Position numbers and translations under genes: made by a program. The notes under the pieces are model-generated. The model had not been told where the DNA came from. It saw nothing but the letters and a program-made list of their open reading frames with translations, and searched no databases. From an uncultured delta proteobacterium (GTDB taxonomy: Bacteria; Desulfobacterota; Desulfuromonadia; Geobacterales; Pseudopelobacteraceae): 64,000 bases of DNA. The DNA lies in the NCBI GenBank assembly GCA_963772835.1, contig CAVYYZ010000024.1:96001-160000 (forward strand), given 5' to 3'. Shown in pieces: positions 30,890 through 40,711 of this stretch; within the stretch, counting starts at the first letter, position 1; every line of letters begins with the position of its first letter.

Positions 30890-33535
30890 ATGGACGTTAT
30901 CACAACCCATACGAATGCCGACTTTGATTGCCTCGGCGCCATGACGGCGGCGCTGAAGCTCTACCCTGATGCGCTCCTCTCCTTTTCAGGGTCGCAGGAA
31001 AAGGCGGTGCGTGATTTTGTACTGCGGCATCCGGACTATCTGCCGCACTTTACCCGCGCCAAAGAAATCAATCTGGAATCAGTCACCCGCCTGATCATCG
31101 TCGATTGTCAGCACGCCTCCCGTATCGGCCGGTTTGCAGAAATTCTGGTTCGTCCCGGCCTGGAAATTCACATTTATGATCATCATCCGGTGACGGACGA
31201 AAGCATCCCGATGACCGGTGGAACAATTGCAGTCTGCGGTTCCGCTTCAACCCTTCTTGCTGCGAGGATTTTGGAAAAGGAGGTGCCTCTGACTCCCGAA
31301 GAGGCCACTCTGATCCTGCTCGGGATTCATGAAGACACAGGACGCCTGCTGTTTGCTTCGGCGACTCCGGACGATTACCGCATGGCGGGCTGGCTGCTGG
31401 AGCAGGGTGCCCGGCTCACCGTTGTCAGTGCTGCGTTGAAGCCGGAATTGACAAAAGCGCAGATGGGGCTTTTGAAGCAGTTACTGGCGACCGTCAAGAC
31501 CAGTACAGTAAATGGAGTAGCTATCTCGATAGCATATGCCTCCTGTGATCATTACATCGGAGATATTGCGTCGCTGGCTCACCTGATCCGCGATATGGAA
31601 AATATGGATGCGCTGTTTGTCGCGGTAGCCATGGAAGATCATGTCTATCTGGTGGCGCGCAGCCATACCCCCGAAATTGATGCCGGTGAAATTATGCAGG
31701 GTTTCCAAGGGGGCGGCCATGCTACCGCAGCCTCTGCAGTTGTGCATAATCAGACACTCAAAGAGGTGCTGGAACAACTTGACGGGCTCCTGCAGCAGTC
31801 CGTCAGAGAAGATGCAGTAGCAGGGAGGGTCATGTCGACTCCGGTTAAGACAATGCCCGATTCGATAAGTATTGCCGAAGCCCGCGATTTCCTGACGCGC
31901 TACAACTGCAACGCCATGCCGGTTATGGCCGGAGAAAAGATGGTCGGCGTCATTTCACGCAAGACGGTAGAGAAGGCGCTTCACCACGAGCTGGGTGAAT
32001 CGCCGGTGACTGATTTCATGCATACTGAATACCTCTCTGCAACTGTTGATACCCCTCTTGCAGATATCCAGGCCTACATGGTTACCGGTAACCGCCGCTT
32101 TGTTCCGGTTTTTACACGGGGAGAACTGACCGGAGCGGTGACCCGGACCGACCTGATGCGTTATATTTATGGAGACCGCCGCGGGGGGGGCGCGCTCTAC
32201 GACCTTGATTCTCTTGAAGTGCCGACACGAATCCGCTCGGTGGCCGGGCTGCTGGGCAAGCGGCTTTCGGAGGAACTGCGTGGCACTCTGCACAGGTTGG
32301 GTGCTGTCGGTGACGATCTGGGGCTGGAGGTCTTTGCGGTTGGCGGTTTTGTGCGCGACCTGTTGCTGGGGGTCGACAATCTGGATATAGATGTCACAGT
32401 TCAGGGAGACGGCATTTTTTTTGCGGAATCTTTTGCCGCGCGGTATGGCGGAAGGGTTCGCAGCCACAGAAAATTCGGTACGGCGGTGTTGGTCCTCTCT
32501 GATGGGCACAAGATCGACGTGGCCAGTACACGCCTGGAATATTACGCATCCCCCGGTGCTTTGCCGACGGTCGAACGGGCGTCGCTCAGACATGACTTGT
32601 ACCGGCGTGATTTCACGGTCAATACCCTGGCGCTCTGCATCAACAGCGACCGCTTTGGTCAACTGACCGATCATTTCGGCGGCCAGCAGGATATTCAGGA
32701 ACGGGTTGTCAGGGTGCTGCATAACCTGTCTTTTGTGGAGGATCCAACCCGCGTGTTCCGGGCAATCCGCTTCGAGCAACGCCTCGGATTTCATATCGCC
32801 CCGCATACCGAGAACCTGATACGCAGCGCGGTACGGATGCATCTCCCGGATAAACTGGGAGGTGAGCGCCTGATGAGTGAACTCGTGCAGATCATGCGTG
32901 AAAAGGATCCGGTAGCGGCAATACATCGCATGTCTTCTCTGGGGTTCCTCTGCTTCATCCATCCCTCGCTTAAGCTGGTGCCGTCCACCGAGAGAGTGCT
33001 GCAGGAAACGGGACAGGTGATGGCCTGGTTCCGGCTGCTGTATCTGGAGGACAATTGTGAGCCCTGGCAGGTGTATCTTATGGCCCTGTGTGACGGGCTT
33101 AAGCCGGACGAGTTCCAAGGTGTGTGCGTTCGTCTGGCAATTTCCGGGCGTCTCGCCTCGCATCTCTGTAGTCAGCGCCGCCTTGTTTTTACAACACAGA
33201 ATGCGATCAAGCGGCATTTGAAGTCGGCCGCCGGAGTACGTAACAGCCAACTGTACGCCTGGTTTGGCAGTTTCACAGTGGAAATTCTGTTGTACATGGC
33301 GGCACGGGCCAGCAGCGAACAGGTCAGGCGCTTCGTTTCGCTTTATCTGACCCGGCTGCGCACTGTTGTCCCTATGCTTGACGGGGAAAGCCTGAAAGAA
33401 CTTGGCCTGGAACCCGGGCCGCTGTTCCGGCTTATCAAGGATCGTCTGCTGCATGCGCGTCTTGATGGAGAGGTGAGTAGCCGAGCAGAAGAAGCAACAT
33501 TGGCACTATCCCTGATCCGGGCAGGTCAAAAATAA
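30890..33535 (+). CDS. DHH/DHHA1-CBS-domain tRNA nucleotidyltransferase (probably A-adding)
   Basis: HTNADFD, YDHH, GGGH, two CBS domains, VGGFVRD, DID, RRDFTVN, EDPTRVFRAIRF. Confidence 0.9.
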   Translation: MDVITTHTNADFDCLGAMTAALKLYPDALLSFSGSQEKAVRDFVLRHPDYLPHFTRAKEINLESVTRLIIVDCQHASRIGRFAEILVRPGLEIHIYDHHPVTDESIPMTGGTIAVCGSASTLLAARILEKEVPLTPEEATLILLGIHEDTGRLLFASATPDDYRMAGWLLEQGARLTVVSAALKPELTKAQMGLLKQLLATVKTSTVNGVAISIAYASCDHYIGDIASLAHLIRDMENMDALFVAVAMEDHVYLVARSHTPEIDAGEIMQGFQGGGHATAASAVVHNQTLKEVLEQLDGLLQQSVREDAVAGRVMSTPVKTMPDSISIAEARDFLTRYNCNAMPVMAGEKMVGVISRKTVEKALHHELGESPVTDFMHTEYLSATVDTPLADIQAYMVTGNRRFVPVFTRGELTGAVTRTDLMRYIYGDRRGGGALYDLDSLEVPTRIRSVAGLLGKRLSEELRGTLHRLGAVGDDLGLEVFAVGGFVRDLLLGVDNLDIDVTVQGDGIFFAESFAARYGGRVRSHRKFGTAVLVLSDGHKIDVASTRLEYYASPGALPTVERASLRHDLYRRDFTVNTLALCINSDRFGQLTDHFGGQQDIQERVVRVLHNLSFVEDPTRVFRAIRFEQRLGFHIAPHTENLIRSAVRMHLPDKLGGERLMSELVQIMREKDPVAAIHRMSSLGFLCFIHPSLKLVPSTERVLQETGQVMAWFRLLYLEDNCEPWQVYLMALCDGLKPDEFQGVCVRLAISGRLASHLCSQRRLVFTTQNAIKRHLKSAAGVRNSQLYAWFGSFTVEILLYMAARASSEQVRRFVSLYLTRLRTVVPMLDGESLKELGLEPGPLFRLIKDRLLHARLDGEVSSRAEEATLALSLIRAGQK

Positions 33536-33638
33536 CAAACAAAATAAAATAGTTATAAAATACCGGCTTGACGGAAAGTGCTGATGCATGTTACTAAGGT
33601 TCCGTACGAATTTAATAATGAGATGGAGAACATACGCT

Positions 33639-34031
33639 ATGAAACAGGTAAGAAAGTTCATTGCAGTAATGACGCTGGTTTCGCTTTTATCTACGGCTTC
33701 TTCGGCATTAGCCGCTGATGATACGATCAGAGAAGTTTTTACTGATGCATTTTACGGTGCTGCCATTGGCGGGCTTGTTGGCGGTGCTCTTATGGTTTTT
33801 ACAAAAAGACCGGCTGACAATTTAAATTATATAGCGTACGGAGCCGCATCCGGCGTCCTCGTAGGTACAGCCTACGGGTTGGCTAAATCAGCCCGCGCTT
33901 TTGCAGAAATTAACAATGGCCGCGTCAAAATAGCGCTTCCGACGGTTGTTCCCGAGTTGGTCGTATCACCTTCTTCAGGGCAGATGGCGATCGCCTGGAA
34001 GGCTGATCTTATTAAAGGCACTTTCAACTGA
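33639..34031 (+). CDS. Exported glycine-zipper-like hypothetical protein
   Basis: Signal peptide (ALA), GAAIGGLVGG and GAASGVLVG segments; GGAG RBS. Confidence 0.75.
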   Translation: MKQVRKFIAVMTLVSLLSTASSALAADDTIREVFTDAFYGAAIGGLVGGALMVFTKRPADNLNYIAYGAASGVLVGTAYGLAKSARAFAEINNGRVKIALPTVVPELVVSPSSGQMAIAWKADLIKGTFN

Positions 34032-34059
34032 TCGACCACTTCATGTCGCATGTACTTAG

Positions 34060-34093
34060 AAAAACCCGCTGTTGAACGATAGTGGGTTTTTTT
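34060..34093 (+). terminator. Intrinsic terminator
   Basis: AAAAACCCGCT...AGTGGGTTTTTTT hairpin with T-tail. Confidence 0.7.
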
Positions 34094-34147
34094 ATATCCA
34101 GCGCCTGGGCTTTAGAAAACAGACGCACCATTTTCCGGGAGGATACA

Positions 34148-34462
34148 ATGTCAGAGTTCAAAAACGTTACCGTTGTCAAGAAAGCCAATATCTATTTTGG
34201 CGGCCAGGTTACCAGCCGTTCGGTACTTTTTGCCGATGGCACAAAAAAGACGCTCGGTGTCATGCAGCCGGGAGAATATGAATTTTCTACCGGAGTCGCT
34301 GAGATCATGGAGGTTCTCTCGGGAGAACTGAAGTGGCAGTTGAAGGGGGAGCATGAGTGGAAGAAAGTGGTTGGCGGAGAATCGTTCAGTGTGCCTGCAA
34401 ATTCCGTATTTCTCGTGAAAATGTCGGTTGTCACTGATTATTGCTGTTCTTTTGGCAGCTGA
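34148..34462 (+). CDS. ppnP: Pyrimidine/purine nucleoside phosphorylase (DUF1255)
   Basis: KKANIYFGGQVTSR, KTLGVMQPGEYEF, FSVPANS, DYCCS. Confidence 0.92.
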   Translation: MSEFKNVTVVKKANIYFGGQVTSRSVLFADGTKKTLGVMQPGEYEFSTGVAEIMEVLSGELKWQLKGEHEWKKVVGGESFSVPANSVFLVKMSVVTDYCCSFGS

Positions 34463-34476
34463 TAATCCGTAATCGC

Positions 34477-35406
34477 GTGGTAAAAAAAACTGACAGTGAC
34501 ATTGTCGGTCGGTTTGCGCCTTCGCCGACCGGTATGCTGCACTCCGGTTCGCTGGTTACTGCGGTAGGAAGTTATCTAATGGCGAAACGGGCCGGTGGGC
34601 GTTGGCTGCTGCGACTCGATGATCTTGATGCGCAGCGGCAGGTCCACGGAATGGCGGATGATATTTTGCGGACATTAGAGTCGTTTGGCCTGTTTTGGGA
34701 TGGCGAGGTTGCCCTTCAGAGCAGGCATCTTGAAGAGTATCAGCAGTTTTTTACTGAGCTGCAGCAGACCGCCGCGGTTTATCCCTGCGGCTGCTCACGA
34801 AAGGAAATTGCAAGAAGCGCTTCAGCTCCTCATTCCGAGGAAGAGTGTATACCTTATTCAGGCATCTGCCGGGCGGGAGTGAAAGAAAATTCGTGTATCC
34901 GTTCCTGGCGGGTCAGGGTGCCGGAGGAGGAAATCTGCTTTACCGACCTGCGGAAGGGTCGGGTATGTCAGACTCTTTCCGCTGTATCCGGAGACTTTAT
35001 CATTAAACGCGGTAACGGGGGATTTGCCTATCAGCTGGCGGTTGTTGTCGATGATTATCTGGCGGGAGTGAATCAGGTGGTGCGCGGGGATGATCTGCTC
35101 GCTTCAACGCCCCGGCAGATATATCTACAGCAGCTTCTCGGTTTTCCTGAACCGGATTACTGTCACCTGCCGCTCGTAACCGGGCCGGAGGGTTCAAAGC
35201 TGAGCAAGCGTGACCATGTGGTCTCGTTTCATCAGGACACCGCGGCCGGAAGAAAACAATTACTGCTTCTTGCAGCACTCAGGTTCCTCGGCCAGGATCC
35301 TCCGAAGGAACTTGCGGCAGGGCCCTGCCCCGCTATTCTTGAGTGGGGGAGCACCTGTTTTATGCCGCATCAGCTACCTGCTGTGGGCGGGGAGTTGCAT
35401 ATCTAA
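34477..35406 (+). CDS. gluQ: Glutamyl-Q tRNA(Asp) synthetase
   Basis: GRFAPSPTG, HSGS, CGCSR..Y..C zinc site, VRGDDL, KLSKR; no anticodon-binding domain. Confidence 0.93.
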   Translation: MVKKTDSDIVGRFAPSPTGMLHSGSLVTAVGSYLMAKRAGGRWLLRLDDLDAQRQVHGMADDILRTLESFGLFWDGEVALQSRHLEEYQQFFTELQQTAAVYPCGCSRKEIARSASAPHSEEECIPYSGICRAGVKENSCIRSWRVRVPEEEICFTDLRKGRVCQTLSAVSGDFIIKRGNGGFAYQLAVVVDDYLAGVNQVVRGDDLLASTPRQIYLQQLLGFPEPDYCHLPLVTGPEGSKLSKRDHVVSFHQDTAAGRKQLLLLAALRFLGQDPPKELAAGPCPAILEWGSTCFMPHQLPAVGGELHI

Positions 35407-35948
35407 GGTTTGAGAGGATCCTCTGCAATCGCCCCTGGAGGCCGGAGCATAAACCTATTGTCGTCGATCTGATTCTGATAGGGGTTGGCCGGGCGGTATG
35501 ATATGGAATCAGAAGCGCGAAACAAACGGATTTCCCTGGCAGAAATAAGCGGGTAACGATAGACTGCCCCTTCACGTGGTTGAGTTATTTGTCCCTTGAT
35601 CTCTCCGATAATGGTGATCAATCCGCCTGGATGGTAATACGATGGATCCGGCAGTTCTCCGCTTATTACGATGAAACGGCCCTCTGAATGCGATGATTCG
35701 TCAGGGACGCCATTCGAGAACAGTGCGCGCTGTGATACTTCAAGTTGCAGCATATCTCCGCTACTGCGAGTGTCCGCGATGATCCCGCCTACCAGAACAT
35801 TTCTGCCTGAAAGTACTTCCGGATTCATTCTGATATCGGCATATGAAATCGACCGGTCAGTCGATGCAAGCCCTCCGTCACTCATGACGTGAGCACACCC
35901 TCCTGAAACAGTTGTCAGAATAAAAACAGACCATATCACATACTTCAT
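35403..35948 (-). CDS. Slp-family outer-membrane lipoprotein
   Basis: Lipobox GGC, VLVGGII, SEGRF, ITIIGEI, YRYPLI. Confidence 0.85.
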   Translation of the reverse strand: MKYVIWSVFILTTVSGGCAHVMSDGGLASTDRSISYADIRMNPEVLSGRNVLVGGIIADTRSSGDMLQLEVSQRALFSNGVPDESSHSEGRFIVISGELPDPSYYHPGGLITIIGEIKGQITQPREGAVYRYPLISAREIRLFRASDSISYRPANPYQNQIDDNRFMLRPPGAIAEDPLKP

Positions 35949-36228
35949 ATGACCTCCCATTGTGCGTATAGTCACGAGTTGAAGACTTCTCCGCATCTCC
36001 CGGGAACCGGATGCAGTGAACTGCAACTATAACGGTGTTGCCGGCATCTGGCAACGGAATCATTTTCCGGACCGGGTTCAAAACAATCCGGGGCGCACCC
36101 GGATTTCCCGAATGGCCGCTGTCCCCGTTTACACCTTGATTATACGATAGTTGCATGGTATTTGTATCAATCGTACCTGCTGAACGTAGTGTGGATTGTC
36201 ACATAATAAAGCACCCGAGGAGGCGGAA

Positions 36229-37206
36229 ATGGAAAAGGTGAAGGTTCATTACAGCGAATTAGGGTTGTCCAACACGCGCGAGATGTTTAAGAAGGCGATG
36301 GCCGGCAAATATGCAATTCCTGCCTACAATTTCAACAATCTCGAGCAGCTTCAGGCTATTGTCACCGCCTGTGTTGAAACCAATTCGCCTGTCATCATTC
36401 AGGTTTCTAAAGGTGCGCGCAGTTACGCAAACGAAACCATGCTCCGCTGTATGGCAATGGGTGCTGTACAGATGGCCCGCGAAGCGGGTTCCACTATTCC
36501 CATCTGTCTGCATCTTGATCATGGAGATACCTTTGAACTATGCAAGTCCTGTGTCGATAGCGGCTTTTCGTCGATTATGATCGACGGTTCGCACCTCCCG
36601 TTTGAAGAAAATGTGGCCCTCGCAAAAAAAGTCGTTGAATATGCCCATCAGTTTGATGTTACAGTCGAAGCGGAGTTGGGCGTTCTGGCGGGTATTGAAG
36701 ATGAAATTTCGGCAGAGCATTCCACGTACACAAAACCGGAAGAAGTTGAAGAATTCGTGAAAAAGAGCGGTGTGGATTCGTTGGCAATTTCAATCGGGAC
36801 CAGTCACGGGGCCTACAAATTCAAAGCAGGACAGCCTGTTCCACCGCTCCGGTTCGATATTCTGGAGGAGTGCGAAAAACGTATTCCCGGCTTTCCGATT
36901 GTTCTTCACGGAGCATCATCCGTCGTTCAAGAGTACGTTGAGCTGATCAACCAGTATGGCGGAAAGCTTGAAGGGGCTGTTGGAATACCCGAAGAGCAGC
37001 TGCGCAGAGCGGCAGCGAGCGCTGTCTGTAAAATCAATATCGATTCTGACGGCAGGCTGGCGGTAACTGCCAAGATTCGTGAATACTTTGCCAAGGATCC
37101 CAAGGAATTCGATCCGCGTAAATATCTGGGTGAAGCACGTAAAGAGCTGGTGAAGCTGGTAAAACACAAGAACGAAGCAGTTCTCGGCTCTGCCGGAAAA
37201 GCCTGA
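36229..37206 (+). CDS. fba: Class II fructose-bisphosphate aldolase
   Basis: LHLDHG, MIDGS, VEAELG, GTSHG, VLHGAS, KINIDSD. Confidence 0.96.
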   Translation: MEKVKVHYSELGLSNTREMFKKAMAGKYAIPAYNFNNLEQLQAIVTACVETNSPVIIQVSKGARSYANETMLRCMAMGAVQMAREAGSTIPICLHLDHGDTFELCKSCVDSGFSSIMIDGSHLPFEENVALAKKVVEYAHQFDVTVEAELGVLAGIEDEISAEHSTYTKPEEVEEFVKKSGVDSLAISIGTSHGAYKFKAGQPVPPLRFDILEECEKRIPGFPIVLHGASSVVQEYVELINQYGGKLEGAVGIPEEQLRRAAASAVCKINIDSDGRLAVTAKIREYFAKDPKEFDPRKYLGEARKELVKLVKHKNEAVLGSAGKA

Positions 37207-37244
37207 TCTTGTCAGCAGCAGTGTGATGTCGCCGGAGGCAGCAA

Positions 37245-37637
37245 ATGAGCATCCGCAAATTTTCCCGGGTACAATTTAACGTCGGCGCGACCATCAGGGC
37301 TGCTGGCCGGCAGTTTCAGGGTGCGGTGGAGAATCTCAGCATGACCGGTATGTTTCTGGTGACAGACGAGCATCTTGCTCTGGAAGATCCGGCTGCTATT
37401 GGCATTGTTCTTACGGGAATCCTGCCGGAGATTTCCGTAAAGTTCAATGGTATCGTTACCCGGATAACGGAGGGCGGCATCGGGTTTACATTCGAAAAGA
37501 TGAATCCTGAATCGTACATGCATCTTAAAAATATCATTGCCTATAATTGCGAGGATGCAGAAAAGGTTGCCGATGATATCGGTCATTATATAGATGAACA
37601 TTTGCTTCGAACACATAAAGACCAGGTTCATGATTGA
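37245..37637 (+). CDS. PilZ-domain protein
   Basis: RKFSR and NLSMTG motifs, GIGFTF. Confidence 0.85.
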   Translation: MSIRKFSRVQFNVGATIRAAGRQFQGAVENLSMTGMFLVTDEHLALEDPAAIGIVLTGILPEISVKFNGIVTRITEGGIGFTFEKMNPESYMHLKNIIAYNCEDAEKVADDIGHYIDEHLLRTHKDQVHD

Positions 37638-37647
37638 GGAAAGCAAA

Positions 37648-39624
37648 ATGAAAAGGCATTCAACTCTTTTTTCTCTCGGTGGATTTCTGCTTGGAGTAGC
37701 TGCCCCTGTCGGTTGGATCGCGATCAGGCTGCTTTTCTATTATGACGTCACGCTTGGTTTTTTTGAGCAGATTTTTCATGATATCGCAAAAGACGGCGAA
37801 CATTTTGCGCTTTACAATTATATGGGCGGCGGCACCGCCATTGTCCTTGCCGTACTTGGATACATGATCGGCAAGAACGGTGATGAGTTGCGTGAGCGGG
37901 CTGCTGAGCTCGATATCCTTCATCAGGAAGTAAACGAACAGAAAGAAATATTTGAAAATCGTTACAAGGTACTCGACAGGAATATCAAAAACTTTCATCA
38001 GATCAGCAGCAAGATTCAAAAATCGCTTAATCTTGATGAAGTATTGCGGTTGTGTGCTGAAGGGTTACACGATGTTCTCGGTTACGAGCGGGTCAATATA
38101 TTGATGGCTGAAGAGGGAAAACGACTCCGCTTCTTTGCTGCTGTCGGAACGGACGGATTTAATGCAGCCGGAGCCGTCATGCCGATTGATTCCAGTATCG
38201 GGGTCATTGCAAAGTGTTTTAATGAACGGAGAGTGTATCTTATTGACGATATTTCGCGATATCCCGAAGATTATCATTTAAAGCCCCCCCATAATTACTT
38301 GTCTCCTCTCCGTTCAAAAAGTTTTATCCTCTGCCCGATTGTAGTCAAAAACGATGCAATCGGAGTTTTCGGAATCGACAACAAAAACAGCCGCCGTGCT
38401 CTGAATGACTCTGACGTCGATACTATCATGCTTTTTGCGGATCAGGTGGCGTCTGCAATCACCCGGATAAATCTGCTGACATCAATTGACACGCTCACGT
38501 CTGAAATGGAAAGTTCTTTTAAATTCCTGCTGTCCAACCGCGACCAGTATTCAAGGAATGTAGGTAACCTGCGCGATGGAGTAGATTCTGTCGCCGACGG
38601 GACCTCTATTATCGCGTCTGCTTCTGAAGGAGTGATGGCTTCAATTGATGAGACAAGTTCTGCTGTCAACGAGATTTCGGTTGCAATTGAGCAGGTTACC
38701 CGGAATCTTGACCATCTGGCCGGTATTGTCCACCAGTCGGCATCAGCCATGGAGCAGATCCACAGCACAATCGGTAATGTGGAACAGAACGCGGCCATTT
38801 CACATGAAGTTTCCCATCAGGTAAAGGAACGGGCAGAAGAGAGCCGGGCGGTGGTCACGGAAACAATTAATGCTCTCGACGAAATTAAAATCTCGGTCGG
38901 CCTTTCATTCGACGCTATTCAGCGTTTGGCCGAGAACAGCACCCGTATTGAAAATATAGTGAGCGTAATTAACGACATCACCAAGCGGACTAATCTGCTG
39001 GCGCTTAACGCCTCCATTATTGCCGCCCAGGCGGGTGAATATGGAAAAAGTTTTGGCGTTGTGGCCGATGAAATCCGAAATCTGTCTCTTCAGACCGGAC
39101 ATTCAACCGGCGAGATAACCTCTATCATCGAAGAGATCATGAGTGAGTCAAAAACCGCTGCAAACAATATCAGGGCAAGTAAGGATCTGGTGCACCGGGG
39201 CGTAGAATTGGGGTATACAACGGGTGAGTCACTTAAAGCGATCTTCGACAGTTCCAACTGCTCGCTTGATATGACCAAACAGATCAAACAGGCGACTCAG
39301 GAACAGGTGATCAGCGTCCAGCTGGTGGCTCGCTCAATGGAAGAAATCAGTTCGATGACATCGCAGATATTTGCGGGGTCGACAGATCAGGCGAAGGCTA
39401 CCAAGAGCATTGCCCGGTCAATCGAAACAATCAAGGAGATGGTACATGAAATGGCTCATTCCACTTTGCGTCAGGTTGATGATGGGAAGTTGATACGCCG
39501 TAATGTTGAATCCGTCAGCGTCATGGTTACGGAAATGTTCGATAATATGGAAATGCGAAGGGCGCAGAGTGCAGAAGTAGTCAAAGAGCTGGAGCAGATG
39601 AAAAGCCTTACCTGTCCGCTCTGA
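37648..39624 (+). CDS. GAF-domain methyl-accepting chemotaxis protein (EsnA-like)
   Basis: Two N-terminal TMs, cytoplasmic GAF (SFILCPIVVK..IGVFGID..FADQVASAI), TNLLALNASIIAAQAGEYGKSFGVVADEIR hairpin. Confidence 0.93.
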   Translation: MKRHSTLFSLGGFLLGVAAPVGWIAIRLLFYYDVTLGFFEQIFHDIAKDGEHFALYNYMGGGTAIVLAVLGYMIGKNGDELRERAAELDILHQEVNEQKEIFENRYKVLDRNIKNFHQISSKIQKSLNLDEVLRLCAEGLHDVLGYERVNILMAEEGKRLRFFAAVGTDGFNAAGAVMPIDSSIGVIAKCFNERRVYLIDDISRYPEDYHLKPPHNYLSPLRSKSFILCPIVVKNDAIGVFGIDNKNSRRALNDSDVDTIMLFADQVASAITRINLLTSIDTLTSEMESSFKFLLSNRDQYSRNVGNLRDGVDSVADGTSIIASASEGVMASIDETSSAVNEISVAIEQVTRNLDHLAGIVHQSASAMEQIHSTIGNVEQNAAISHEVSHQVKERAEESRAVVTETINALDEIKISVGLSFDAIQRLAENSTRIENIVSVINDITKRTNLLALNASIIAAQAGEYGKSFGVVADEIRNLSLQTGHSTGEITSIIEEIMSESKTAANNIRASKDLVHRGVELGYTTGESLKAIFDSSNCSLDMTKQIKQATQEQVISVQLVARSMEEISSMTSQIFAGSTDQAKATKSIARSIETIKEMVHEMAHSTLRQVDDGKLIRRNVESVSVMVTEMFDNMEMRRAQSAEVVKELEQMKSLTCPL

Positions 39625-39760
39625 ATCTTTTGAGCGACCCTGATATGGAAAACAAATCTCTGGATTAATAGAGCAGGCTCTGATAATTTGCGCATCTGCC
39701 TTGACGGCTACCCTTCCGGGAGCTGATCTGTAATCGGCAGTCGACAGCATGCACGACATA

Positions 39761-39867
39761 CCGCACGGATTTGGATGTGAACCGGGACGGAATGGGCAGC
39801 CCCCGCAGAGAGTATATACTATTGCTCTGACTGTCCGCGTCGCGCCATCCGGCGCGTTTTTCGTTTT
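39761..39867 (+). ncRNA. Candidate pan RNA motif / attenuator leader upstream of panB
   Basis: Two bulged stem-loops followed by CGCGCC-ATCC-GGCGCG-TTTTT terminator 5' of panBC. Confidence 0.55.
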
Positions 39868-39903
39868 GAGGGTGCGGGTACAGACACTGTCACAGGGAGT
39901 TCC

Positions 39904-40704
39904 ATGAGAAAAAAAACGACGATACCTGAAATACTGAAAATGAAAAAAAACGGTCAGCGGATTACCGTACTGACGGCATATGATTACCCCTTCGCGCGCC
40001 TTGTCGATGGGGGGGGGGTAGATATCATCCTGGTGGGAGATTCTGCCGGAGTCGTTGTTGCCGGCCATGATACAACCCTTCCGGTGACCATGGATGAGAT
40101 GCTGTACCACGTTCGAGCGGTAAAGCGTGCTGATCCCAGGGCGCTTGTTGTTGCAGATATGCCCTTTATGTCATATCAGACAGGTGTCGAGGATGCCTGT
40201 CGAAATTGCGGCCGGATGATCAAAGAGGGAGGAGCCGAGGCGGTAAAGGTTGAAGGGGGGAGCAACATGGCCCACGTTATCCAGGCTGTTTCATCAATTG
40301 ATATTCCGGTCATGGCTCATATCGGCCTGACGCCGCAGTCGGTTCACCGCATGGGTGGGTACAGGGTTCAGGGGAGAAATGATCAGGCCGAACAGATAAT
40401 GAATGATGCCCTTGCTGTGCAGCAGGCCGGAGCCTTTGCCGTAGTGCTGGAGGGGATACCGGCGGTGCTGGCGGCAGAAATCAGCGCCGTGTTGACCATT
40501 CCGACGATAGGCATCGGGGCCGGTCCATCCTGTGATGGCCAGGTCCTGGTGATCCACGATATTCTCGGCCTGTGTGAAAAATATTCGCCCAAATTCGTCA
40601 AGCGCTATGCCGATCTGGGACCGCTCATCTCTGCTGCAGTGACGCAGTATGTTGCCGAGGTGCGGAGTGGTGAGTTCCCCACAGAAGAGCATTCTTTTTC
40701 CTGA
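39904..40704 (+). CDS. panB: Ketopantoate hydroxymethyltransferase
   Basis: LTAYD, ILVGDS, DMPFMSY, VKVEGG, HIGLTPQ, GIGAG. Confidence 0.98.
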   Translation: MRKKTTIPEILKMKKNGQRITVLTAYDYPFARLVDGGGVDIILVGDSAGVVVAGHDTTLPVTMDEMLYHVRAVKRADPRALVVADMPFMSYQTGVEDACRNCGRMIKEGGAEAVKVEGGSNMAHVIQAVSSIDIPVMAHIGLTPQSVHRMGGYRVQGRNDQAEQIMNDALAVQQAGAFAVVLEGIPAVLAAEISAVLTIPTIGIGAGPSCDGQVLVIHDILGLCEKYSPKFVKRYADLGPLISAAVTQYVAEVRSGEFPTEEHSFS

Positions 40705-40711
40705 GGTACAG

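Noticed and set aside
31955..33454. 499-aa antisense ORF within the nucleotidyltransferase gene
   Set aside because: Fully overlaps a well-supported gene and has no recognisable features
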